Shown: positions 1 to 7,446, counted from the first letter of the stretch. The stretch: DNA of 29,018 nt from a virus (IMGVR_UViG_3300043184_000211:1-29018), one strand, 5' to 3'. Notes: generated by a model not told the origin, from the letters alone. Numbers and translations are program-made.

Positions 1-24
1 CACTGCTGCCTCCTCGGTCACCAT
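1..24 (-). CDS. istA: IS21-family transposase IstA, N-terminus only (MVTEEAAV...)
   Basis: ATG at 24 on - with an upstream GGAAG SD. MVTEEAAV resembles IS21/IS100-type IstA starts and lies just inside the terminal repeat. Only 8 codons are visible. Confidence 0.65.
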
Positions 25-117
25 CGGCGCTTCCACGATTGGGGAAGCCGCCGGAGTAGGCCCAAGGTGGGTCAGTTTTCAACCGGCAGGTGGGTCAGTT
101 TCCAATTGGCGCCAACA
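1..117 (-). mobile_element. IS21-family insertion sequence, left end (element continues beyond window start)
   Basis: The - strand begins TGTTGGCGCC at 117. Two 23-bp-period repeats (AGGTGGGTCAGTTT at 65-78 and 88-101 on +) follow, typical of IS21 ends, and an IstA-like start lies just inside. Confidence 0.85.
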
Positions 118-330
118 GAAGCCAAGGGGCTGACGCAGGCACAGGTGGACGAACTGGCGAACGGCTGGGAGCGCGACGCATGGGAAACCGATCAGCGCGC
201 GAAGCGGCTGGGCGAGCAGGCCAGCACGCTGGAGCAGCGCGTGATGCAGATGCACGCTCGGGTGCGCCGAGAGTGCGCGCGCGAGCTGCGGCAGTTCGCC
301 AAGGACTCGGTCTTTCGTGGACGTCGTTGA
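118..330 (+). pseudogene. 3' remnant of a small phage gene interrupted by the IS21 element
   Basis: Helical-looking frame (EAKGLTQAQVDELANGWERDAW...) with phage-like codon usage whose start is replaced by IS end sequence. Its stop overlaps the next gene. Confidence 0.6.
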
Positions 331-541
331 CCGCGCGAACGCGCTGGTCGACGCCGAGCGCGACGCCGCGCTTGCGGCCCACCAGGCGCGCCCGCGTCCT
401 GCAGGCCGGCTTGATGCCGACGACGGCCGCTGCGCGTGCTGCCGGGAGCGGATCCCGCGCGCGCGGCGCCTGGCAGTTCCCGACACCTCGCTGTGCATCG
501 ACTGCGCCTCGGAGCGCGAAAGGAAACAGGGGCGCCGATGA
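317..541 (+). CDS. TraR/DksA C4-type zinc finger protein
   Basis: MDVVDRA start, CxxC...IPxARR.AVP...CIDC motif; common in Mu-like late regions. Confidence 0.9.
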   Translation: MDVVDRANALVDAERDAALAAHQARPRPAGRLDADDGRCACCRERIPRARRLAVPDTSLCIDCASERERKQGRR

Positions 542-912
542 ACTATCCGTTCTGGGACCTGATGCTGGAGGTCCTCGAGAAGGTCGTGCTGCTGGGCAGC
601 GTGGCCGTGTCGATCTACCTCTACCGCAAGTCGCGCTCGCGCGCGCTCGAAGCGGCGATGCAGCGCGGCGACAGCCGGCTCTCGCGGGAGATCGCGGCCA
701 TGCGTGACGGCCAGGCGCGCCAGATGGCCGGGCTGAACACCCGCGTGAGCGTGCTGGAGCAGCGCATCGCCGACATGCCGACCCACAAGGACCTGCGCGA
801 GCTGCGTGACCTGGTCGCCGAATCCAACGAACGGGTCGCGGCGCTGGACGAGCGCTCGATCCGCACCGACGCGATGGTGCAGCGCATCCACCAGCACCTG
901 CTGGAGTCCTGA
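538..912 (+). CDS. DUF2730-like membrane-anchored coiled-coil protein
   Basis: ATG 538 overlaps the previous stop (ATGA). N-terminal TM segment, then RVSVLEQRIADMPTHKDL coiled coil; position precedes gp26. Confidence 0.75.
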   Translation: MNYPFWDLMLEVLEKVVLLGSVAVSIYLYRKSRSRALEAAMQRGDSRLSREIAAMRDGQARQMAGLNTRVSVLEQRIADMPTHKDLRELRDLVAESNERVAALDERSIRTDAMVQRIHQHLLES

Positions 913-914
913 TC

Positions 915-1229
915 ATGGCCAAGTCCTACGCGGAACGTCTGCAGGAGGAGCGCCGGCTGGTCATCCTGCGGCTGCTGTACGAGCTGCCGGGTCAGAAGGC
1001 GAACTCGTCGAGCCTCTACCACGCGCTCGACGACTACGGCATCCACGCCGCGCGCGCCGACGTGCGCGCGGAACTGGCGTGGCTCGCGCATCGCGAGCTG
1101 GTCTCGATCGAGGACATCACGCCGGCGAGCAGCGACTCGCCGCTGCTGCTGGCCACCATCACCGACGCCGGCCGCGACGTGGTTCGCGGCAAGACGCAGG
1201 TGCTGGGCGTGCAGCGCCCCGGTCGCTGA
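915..1229 (+). CDS. Mu gp26-like winged-helix protein
   Basis: ERRLVILRLL...ANSS.L...V..ELAWL...LV...T..GRDV..G...V.GV.RP pattern; directly before the small terminase. Confidence 0.8.
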   Translation: MAKSYAERLQEERRLVILRLLYELPGQKANSSSLYHALDDYGIHAARADVRAELAWLAHRELVSIEDITPASSDSPLLLATITDAGRDVVRGKTQVLGVQRPGR

Positions 1230-1239
1230 GGGCGCGCGC

Positions 1240-1794
1240 ATGGCCCGCAAGTTCTCGATCGACCGGCTGCCGAAGGAGGTTCGCGACCACATCGAGAAGA
1301 TGGTGGTCGACAACCGGCTGACCCTGGCGGAGATGCGCGAGCAGATCGCCACGACCTTCGGGATCCAGCACACCCCTGCGCAGACGCCGCTATGGCGCTT
1401 CCAGCAGAAGCACAAGCGCATCGTCGAGCGCCTCGCCGAGTCGCGCGAGGTGGCGCGCGGCATCGTGGCCGAGGTCGGCGAGAAGCCGGACGGCGACCAG
1501 GGCCGCGCGATGGTCGAGGTGCTGAGCGCGCTGGTGATGAAGTTGCTCGCCACCGCGGCTTCGCGCGACGACCTCGACCTGGAGGAAATCCGCCACCTTG
1601 CCCGTGTGGTCAAGCAGACCGCCGAGGCCGGCACCAAGGCGCTGGCACAGGCCAAGGAGATCGAGGCCGCCGCGCGCGATCGCCTGCTGCGCGAGCAGGA
1701 CGCGAAGCTCAAGTCCGTGGTGCAGGAGGGCGGCCTGAGCGAGGCGCAGGCGCAGGTGTGGCGCAAGAAGATCCTGGGGATCGCGGATGAGTAG
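1240..1794 (+). CDS. Mu gp27-like (DUF3486) terminase small subunit
   Basis: MARKFSIDRLP start and GLSEAQ...RKKILGI end; precedes the large terminase. Confidence 0.85.
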   Translation: MARKFSIDRLPKEVRDHIEKMVVDNRLTLAEMREQIATTFGIQHTPAQTPLWRFQQKHKRIVERLAESREVARGIVAEVGEKPDGDQGRAMVEVLSALVMKLLATAASRDDLDLEEIRHLARVVKQTAEAGTKALAQAKEIEAAARDRLLREQDAKLKSVVQEGGLSEAQAQVWRKKILGIADE

Positions 1795-3403
1795 GCGCGA
1801 TCCTCTCGCCAACAGCTTGCCTGCCGCGGCCGCCAAGGAGGCGGCCGTGCTGCCTGTGCTCATGGGCTACCAGGCCGCCTGGGTCGCGGATCCATCGCCG
1901 CTCAAGGTGGGCGAGAAGTCGCGTCGAATCGGCCTCACCTGGGCCGAGGCCGCCGACGACGTGGAGACGGCCGCTCGCGCGCGCAGCGCGGGCGGGATGA
2001 ACGTCTACTACATCGGCTACAGCCAGGACATGGCGATCGAGTTCATCGACGCCTGCGCGATGTGGGCGCGCACCCTCAACCTGGTGTGCTCGGAGATCGA
2101 GCCCGGCACCGAGCTGTTCAAGTCCGAGGACGGCGAGAAGGAGATCAAGACCTACACCATCCGGTTCCCGAAGTCGGGCTTCCGGATCCAGGCGCTGTCC
2201 AGCCGGCCGGCGAACCTGCGCGGCAAGCAGGGCGTGGTGGTGATCGACGAGGCCGCGTTCCACGACGATCTCGCCGAGCTGCTGAAGGCCGCGCTGGCGC
2301 TGTTGATCTGGGGCGGCCGCGTGCGCGTGATCAGCACCCACAACGGCGACGCCAACCCGTTCAACGAGCTCATCCAGGACATCCGGGCCGGCAAGCGGAA
2401 GGGGAAGGTCCACCGGACGACGTTCAAGGAGGCCGTGGCCGCGGGACTGTACGAGCGGGTCTGCCTGCGCCTGCGCAAGCCCTGGGACCCCGACGAGGAA
2501 GCGGCGTGGGTCGAGGACGTCTACAGCTACTACGGTGTCGCGGCCGAGGAAGAGCTGGACGTGGTGCCGAGCGCCGGCGAAGGCGCGGTGCTGCCGCGCG
2601 CCTGGATCGAGGCGTGCATGGTCGAGGCCCCCGTGCTGCGCTGGGGCGAGCGCAACGAGTTCACGCTGCAGTCGGCCTCCGCGCGCGAGGGAACGGCGCA
2701 GGAATGGCTGGACGCGCACGTGGGGCCGCTGCTGACCGCGCTGCCGGTCACGGCGAAGAAGTTTGTGGGCTCGGACTTCGCTCGATCGGGCGACCTGTCG
2801 GTGTTCGTGCCGCTGGTCGAGCTGCAGGACCTCCGGGCCCAGGCGCCGTTCGTGATCGAGATGCGCAACATCCCGTTCGAGCAGCAGCGGCAGGTGGTGG
2901 TCTACGTGATCGAGCGGCTGTCGCGCTTCGTGTCGGCCGCCTTCGACGCGCGCGGCAACGGCGAGTACGTCGCGGAAGCGGCCATGCAGCGCTTCGGCGC
3001 GATGCGCATCGCACAGGTGAAGTCCAGCGAGTCGTGGTACCTGGAGCATATGCCGCGCATGGTGTCGGCCTTCCAGGACCGCCAGATCCTGCTGCCGCGC
3101 GACAGCGACCTTCTGGACGACCTGCGCCAGCTGCGCAAGGTGCGCGGCGTCATCAAGGTGCCCGACAACGCCCACACGCGCGGCAGCGATGGCGGCAAGC
3201 GCCACGGCGACGCAGCGATCGCCATCGCGCTGGCGCTATTCGCGCGCGCCACCCTGGACGTGTTCCCGATCGAGTTCCAGTCCACCGGCGCGCGGGCCTC
3301 CGGCTCGCTCGGCGCCGAGCTGCTCGGTGGCGACGGCCCGTCCATCACGCGGGTCGGCTTCGGCACGGTGGGCGGCAGCAACGACTTCGGAGGCTACGAA
3401 TGA
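1787..3403 (+). CDS. Terminase large subunit (Mu gp28-like)
   Basis: Walker A KSRRIGLTW, LSSRPANLRG, Walker B VVIDEAAF, nuclease GSDFARSGD and RHGDAAIA. Confidence 0.95.
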   Translation: MSRRDPLANSLPAAAAKEAAVLPVLMGYQAAWVADPSPLKVGEKSRRIGLTWAEAADDVETAARARSAGGMNVYYIGYSQDMAIEFIDACAMWARTLNLVCSEIEPGTELFKSEDGEKEIKTYTIRFPKSGFRIQALSSRPANLRGKQGVVVIDEAAFHDDLAELLKAALALLIWGGRVRVISTHNGDANPFNELIQDIRAGKRKGKVHRTTFKEAVAAGLYERVCLRLRKPWDPDEEAAWVEDVYSYYGVAAEEELDVVPSAGEGAVLPRAWIEACMVEAPVLRWGERNEFTLQSASAREGTAQEWLDAHVGPLLTALPVTAKKFVGSDFARSGDLSVFVPLVELQDLRAQAPFVIEMRNIPFEQQRQVVVYVIERLSRFVSAAFDARGNGEYVAEAAMQRFGAMRIAQVKSSESWYLEHMPRMVSAFQDRQILLPRDSDLLDDLRQLRKVRGVIKVPDNAHTRGSDGGKRHGDAAIAIALALFARATLDVFPIEFQSTGARASGSLGAELLGGDGPSITRVGFGTVGGSNDFGGYE

Positions 3404-4959
3404 AGCGCCCCATCGTCCACCGCGAGATCGCCACCACGGGCGACGGCCAGGACATCACCCGCGGGATGAACGCGGGGCTGATGCTGCCCTACGACAAGGT
3501 GCTGCGGAACCGCGGCGGCGGCAACCTCGAAATCTACGAGGCCGTGCTCAGCGAGCCGCAGGTCGAGAGCACGTTCCAGCAGCGCCGCCGCGCGGTGACG
3601 AAGTGCGAGTGGCGCGTGGAGCCCGCGAGCGACCGCCGGGCTGACAAGAAGGCCGCGACCTTCCTGGAGCAGCAGCTGCGGAAGATCGGCTGGGACATGC
3701 GCACCGAGCGGATGCTGTACGGGGTGTTCTACGGCTACGCGGTGGCCGAGATCATCTACGGCCGCGACGGTGACATGCTCACCTTCGAGGCGATCAAGGT
3801 CCGCAATCGTCGCCGCTTCCGCTTCGACGCGGACAGCCGGCTTCGGCTGCTGACCTACGCCAACATGACCGAGGGCGAGCTGGCCGAGGCGCCCTACTTC
3901 TGGCACTTCGCGACCGGCGCGGACAACGACGACGAGCCCTATGGCCTCGGGCTCGCGCACTGGTGCTACTGGCCGGTGCTGTTCAAGCGCAACGGGCTGA
4001 AGTTCTGGCTGATCTTCTGCGAGAAGTTCGGCCAGCCCACCGCGGTCGGCAAGTACGCCTCGGGCGCCACCGACGTCGAGCGCGCCAACCTGCTGTCTGC
4101 GATCCGGGCGATCCAGACCGACAGCGGCATCATCGTGCCGGAGGGCATGATGGTGGAGCTGCTGGAGGCCGCGCGGTCCGGCACCGCCGACTACAAGACG
4201 CTGCACGACACGATGGACGAGACGATCGCGAAGATCACGCTCGGCCAGACGCTGACCAGCAACGTCGGCCAGGGCGGCGGCAACCGCGCGCTGGGCGAGG
4301 TGCACCGCGACGTGCGGCAGGACCTGGTCAAGGCGGATGCCGACCTGGTGAACGAGTCCTTCAACCTCGGTCCCGCGACGTGGCTCACGCGCTTCAACTT
4401 CCCCGACGCGGATCCACCGCGCGTGGTGCGCGAGCTGGAGGAACCGGAGGACCTGACCGACCGCGCCGAACGCGAGGCCAAGATTTTCCAGATGGGCTTC
4501 AAGCCCACCCTGGAGTACATCCAGGAGACCTACGGCGGCGAGTGGGAGGAGAAGGAGCTGCCGGAGCCGCTGGATGGCGCGGCACCGGGTGCGCCTGGCG
4601 CCGCGGCCGCGGCGGCCGCCGGCGGTGAGCCTGCCCCGAAACAGACCGCCGACGACCCGGACTTCGCCGACCCGGACCCGAACGCCGACGTGCTGGCCGG
4701 CCTGTTGGCCAACACCGAGGCGGCGATCGCGCCCGAGGTCGAGGGGCTGGTCGGCCAGGTGCGCGAGCTGCTGGAGCAGGCCGGGGACCTGACCACGTTC
4801 CGGGAGCGTCTGGTGGCGCTGACCGGCAGCCTCCCGCTGGCGGCCTTTCAGGAGGTCATGGCGCAGGCGCTGACTGCCGGGCACCTTGGCGGGCGGGCGG
4901 CCGTTCTGGAGGAGGTCGGGAGGGACGCCGGGGGCGGTTCGGGCGGAGTTGGTCAGTGA
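3400..4959 (+). CDS. Portal protein (Mu gp29, DUF935)
   Basis: Start ATG 3400 (ATGA overlap), not 2062. Motifs YGYAVAEI, PYGLGL, W..FCEKFGQP, LGQTLT, ALGEVH. Confidence 0.95.
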   Translation: MKRPIVHREIATTGDGQDITRGMNAGLMLPYDKVLRNRGGGNLEIYEAVLSEPQVESTFQQRRRAVTKCEWRVEPASDRRADKKAATFLEQQLRKIGWDMRTERMLYGVFYGYAVAEIIYGRDGDMLTFEAIKVRNRRRFRFDADSRLRLLTYANMTEGELAEAPYFWHFATGADNDDEPYGLGLAHWCYWPVLFKRNGLKFWLIFCEKFGQPTAVGKYASGATDVERANLLSAIRAIQTDSGIIVPEGMMVELLEAARSGTADYKTLHDTMDETIAKITLGQTLTSNVGQGGGNRALGEVHRDVRQDLVKADADLVNESFNLGPATWLTRFNFPDADPPRVVRELEEPEDLTDRAEREAKIFQMGFKPTLEYIQETYGGEWEEKELPEPLDGAAPGAPGAAAAAAAGGEPAPKQTADDPDFADPDPNADVLAGLLANTEAAIAPEVEGLVGQVRELLEQAGDLTTFRERLVALTGSLPLAAFQEVMAQALTAGHLGGRAAVLEEVGRDAGGGSGGVGQ

Positions 4960-4997
4960 TTGACCTGCGGCCGCGCTGGCGTGCGTTCTGGGCATTC

Positions 4998-5053
4998 AGG
5001 GGGCGGAGGCGCCCCCTCGCCCTAGGGGCAGCGTCCGAAATCGACGCTGCCCC
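4998..5053. terminator. Two tandem perfect hairpins between the convergent portal and moron genes
   Basis: 8-bp stem AGGGGGCG/CGCCCCCT (4998-5017) and 11-bp stem GGGGCAGCGTC/GACGCTGCCCC (5025-5053). No strong U-tract. Confidence 0.5.
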
Positions 5054-5066
5054 ATTGGAGGACCGT

Positions 5067-5606
5067 TTAACGCGCGGGCTGGTCCAGTATCTCGCGCGCC
5101 GCCAGCGACTCCGTGGTCACCCTGGCCGTCAAGTCGGTCCAGAGGTCGTGCTGAGGGTTCGAAAGCGTCAATACCTCGTCGCGATCCATGAGGTGTTGGT
5201 CCAGCAGCGACGCCCAGGCCTGCTGCAGGTTGGCGAAGTAGCGCCACGGCTCACGCCGTTTCTTCCGAGGATCCAGGATGATCACGTTCCAGCGGTCCGC
5301 TTCAACGGGGTAGCCGAGGTAGCTGAGCGTCTTGTGCCGCACCTCGGGCACCGGAATGGGCTTCTTCCCCAGGATCTCTTCGACCACTGCAAAGGCTTGT
5401 GCAGCCCCTTTGCGGACGGATTCGAGCAGCTCAAGGGTCTCAGGGGCCAGCAGCTCGGTGTCGACCTGCGGCGCGCGCGTCGCGGCCTCGATCAGCCAGT
5501 CCCAGTACTTCGGCCCATCCCAGGCGCCATCCGCTCGGGCGTACTGCAGGGCCCAGCTTCTCGAATTCGGCGAGATCCGGGTCTTGTCGGTCAGTTGAAT
5601 GATCAT
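5067..5606 (-). CDS. Moron protein, 179 aa, two internal repeats resembling DUF5405-type domains
   Basis: Start MIIQLTDK at 5606 with a GGAG SD, ATGA-coupled to the upstream 75-aa gene. Two beta-hairpin-plus-helix-like units (..SWALQ..PKYW..L.EA and ..RWNVIIL..WRYFANLQQA). Confidence 0.75.
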   Translation of the reverse strand: MIIQLTDKTRISPNSRSWALQYARADGAWDGPKYWDWLIEAATRAPQVDTELLAPETLELLESVRKGAAQAFAVVEEILGKKPIPVPEVRHKTLSYLGYPVEADRWNVIILDPRKKRREPWRYFANLQQAWASLLDQHLMDRDEVLTLSNPQHDLWTDLTARVTTESLAAREILDQPAR

Positions 5607-5830
5607 CGAACGATCTCCAGTCGGGGACGAGGCTTGCGGGGCTCCAGGGCCGATTTCAAGGCAAGCGCGTCTCGGGACAAGAGACAGATCAGCTCCAGCA
5701 AGGCGCGGCTGGCGATCGGGCGGGGTGGTGGCGCCTGCGGGCAAGGGGCCTCGAACAGGGCCAGCAGGACTTCGGCGGCGTTCGCCGCCCGCTCAGCGTG
5801 GAACGCAATGCGTTCTTCGGGGGTGCTCAT
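5603..5830 (-). CDS. Small helical moron protein (75 aa), first gene of the antisense-RNA-controlled operon
   Basis: GGAG SD at 5840-5843; stop overlaps the start of the next gene; function unknown. Confidence 0.75.
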   Translation of the reverse strand: MSTPEERIAFHAERAANAAEVLLALFEAPCPQAPPPRPIASRALLELICLLSRDALALKSALEPRKPRPRLEIVR

Positions 5831-5831
5831 G

Positions 5832-5848
5832 GCGCGTTTCTCCAGTGA
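5832..5848 (-). promoter_or_regulatory. Downstream antisense target pair flanking the SD of the 75-aa gene
   Basis: - strand UCACU-GGAG-AAACGCGC-C-AUG. UCACU pairs with the RNA's AGUGA; AAACGCGC pairs with loop GCGCGUUU. Confidence 0.75.
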
Positions 5849-5862
5849 GGGAGTGCGAAGGT

Positions 5863-5942
5863 GGCCGAGCGTTCACTACCGCAAACGCGCGCGGCCGACG
5901 GTATTCCCCTTGCGGGTGTTGTATTCCCGTCGACGCTCGACC
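5863..5942 (-). ncRNA. C4/CI-like antisense RNA (~80 nt, branched)
   Basis: 10-bp closing stem GGUCGAGCGU/ACGCUCGGCC, arm CGACGG..CCC-GCAA-GGG..CCGUCG, arm GCCGC-GCGCGUUU-GCGGU and single-stranded AGUGA. Loop and bulge are complementary to sites both upstream and downstream. Confidence 0.8.
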
Positions 5943-5977
5943 GCAGATGATGATGGTGATGGTGTCGTCCATACCGA

Positions 5978-6007
5978 CGCGCGTTTGGTGACGGCTAGTG
6001 AGGCCGT
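5978..6007 (-). promoter_or_regulatory. Upstream antisense target pair at the transcript 5' end
   Basis: Hairpin ACGGC-CUCACUA-GCCGU displays UCACUA, followed by CAAACGCGCG (10-nt complement of 5882-5891). Confidence 0.75.
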
Positions 6008-6013
6008 GAATGC

Positions 6014-6042
6014 ACTGTACGCCCGCTTTGGGCTGCCAGCAA
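6014..6042 (-). promoter_or_regulatory. Sigma70-type promoter of the moron
   Basis: TTGCTG (6042-6037), 17-bp spacer, TACAGT (6019-6014); predicted start at the first target hairpin. Confidence 0.7.
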
Positions 6043-6058
6043 CTGCGGGGCGCGCGGC

Positions 6059-7270
6059 GTGACCCTGCGCGGCGACTTCCGTTCGCTGCCGGAGGCGGTG
6101 GCCTACTTCCGCCGGAAGGTGAACGTGCCCAGCGCCCGCTGGGACGATCTCTGGCAGGCCCAGCATGCCCACGGCTTCATGGTGGCGGGCGCCTACCAGG
6201 TCGAGCTGCTGGCCGACTTCCGGGATGCCGTGGACCGGGCGATCGCCGGCGGCGAGAGCTACCAGGCGTTCCTGCGCCGGTTCGACGAGATCGTGGCCCG
6301 GTACGGCTGGTCCTACAACGGGACCCGCGGCTGGCGGTCGCGGGTGATCTTCCAGACCAACCTGCGCACGGCGCTGATGGCCGGGCGCTGGGCCCAGCTG
6401 GCCGACCCGGCGGTGGCCGCGCAGCTGCCCTACCTCGAATACCGCCACCACACGATCCTGAACCCGCGCGAAGAGCACAAGGCGTGGGACGGCCTGATCC
6501 TGCTGCGCACGGATCCCTGGTGGCGGGTGCACTACCCGCCGAACGGCTGGGGCTGCAACTGCGATGCGCTGCCGGTGTCGCGCCGCCGGCTCGAGCAACT
6601 GCGCGGTCCCGATGCGCGGCCGGACGCGGCCCCGGAAGGCGAAAGTGACGTGCCGCCCGAGTGGGCCTACAACGTGGGCGAGGCGGCGCAGTCGCTGGGT
6701 GCCGCGCAGTCGCTCGGCCGCGCGATCATGAAGCTGCCGACGCCGGCGTGGCGCGACCAGGTGCTGACCGACTTCGGTTCGCGCGCGGCCGTGTGGGCCG
6801 AGGCCTTCGACCCGTGGTTCCGCGACGTCGTCGAGAACATCGACAAGCCGAACGGCCGCGCGGTCGGCGCGGGCCTGCTGCCGCCGGCGGCGGTCGCGGC
6901 CCTGGAGTCGGAGGGGCGGCGGGTGCCGTCCGCGCTCATCCAGATCTCGGACTTCGACGTGAAGCGAATGGTGCGCGGCCCGAAGGTCGACGCGGACGTC
7001 GCGGCGGATCTCGGGCTGATGGTGGCCCTGCCGCAGATGCTGGCCCAACCCGAGGGCCTGGTGCTCGATGTCGAGCTCGGCGTGCTGCTCTACCTGCGCC
7101 AGGCGCCCGATGGCCGCTGGCTGTCGCTCACGGTGCGGCCGGAGTGGAGCAATCGCAACGCGGTGCCGACCCGCGGCCAGCCCGGCGCGTGGGTGATCAG
7201 CGGTTCGATGATCGACGCCAACGGGCTGCGAGGCCGGCGCTATCGGTGGCTGCTGGGGGATCGCCCGTGA
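6059..7270 (+). CDS. MuF (Mu gp30-like) minor head protein with a ~190-aa C-terminal extension, possibly BECR/PBECR-like
   Basis: F.VAGA, R.RVIFQTNLRTA..AGRW, R.EH.AWDG, PPNGWGCNC, W.YNVG motifs; extension after ~6700. Confidence 0.9.
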   Translation: MTLRGDFRSLPEAVAYFRRKVNVPSARWDDLWQAQHAHGFMVAGAYQVELLADFRDAVDRAIAGGESYQAFLRRFDEIVARYGWSYNGTRGWRSRVIFQTNLRTALMAGRWAQLADPAVAAQLPYLEYRHHTILNPREEHKAWDGLILLRTDPWWRVHYPPNGWGCNCDALPVSRRRLEQLRGPDARPDAAPEGESDVPPEWAYNVGEAAQSLGAAQSLGRAIMKLPTPAWRDQVLTDFGSRAAVWAEAFDPWFRDVVENIDKPNGRAVGAGLLPPAAVAALESEGRRVPSALIQISDFDVKRMVRGPKVDADVAADLGLMVALPQMLAQPEGLVLDVELGVLLYLRQAPDGRWLSLTVRPEWSNRNAVPTRGQPGAWVISGSMIDANGLRGRRYRWLLGDRP

Positions 7271-7360
7271 CGCCGGTGAGACGCTCTCCCGCGGAAGCGG
7301 GCCCCTCACGTGGATCTTCTGACCCTACCGGAGCGATTTTCCGGAAGACGGCGTCAGGGC
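7263..7360 (-). ncRNA. Candidate structured small RNA (~98 nt) antisense to the MuF 3' end
   Basis: 12-bp closing helix GCCC-UGACGCCG/CGGCGUCA-C-GGGC enclosing two arms; a promoter is positioned to start at 7360. Confidence 0.55.
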
Positions 7361-7366
7361 AAGAAC

Positions 7367-7396
7367 AGTCTACGCCCGCCGCGCGCGCGACGTCCA
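7367..7396 (-). promoter_or_regulatory. Putative sigma70 promoter for the candidate RNA
   Basis: TGGACG (7396-7391), 18-bp spacer, TAGACT (7372-7367). Confidence 0.55.
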
Positions 7397-7446
7397 CCCG
7401 CCGGCGCATCGGCGCATCGCCCGGCGCCCTGTAGGAGAAATCGCAC

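Noticed and set aside
65-110. CRISPR-like repeat
   Set aside because: Two adjacent units with no spacers, ending in an IS terminus; these are transposase-binding repeats.
2062-3399. N-terminal extension of the 965-aa portal ORF
   Set aside because: Overlaps the terminase in another frame and is Arg/Gly-rich junk; the real start is 3400.
5947-5964. Perfect His6-coding run (CAC CAT CAC CAT CAT CAT) on the - strand
   Set aside because: That frame has a TAG shortly upstream and no standard start codon; no vector context. Better read as a C/A-rich spacer.
7263-7360. tRNA gene
   Set aside because: No T-loop (TTCRA), D-loop or CCA end; kept only as an unclassified structured RNA.
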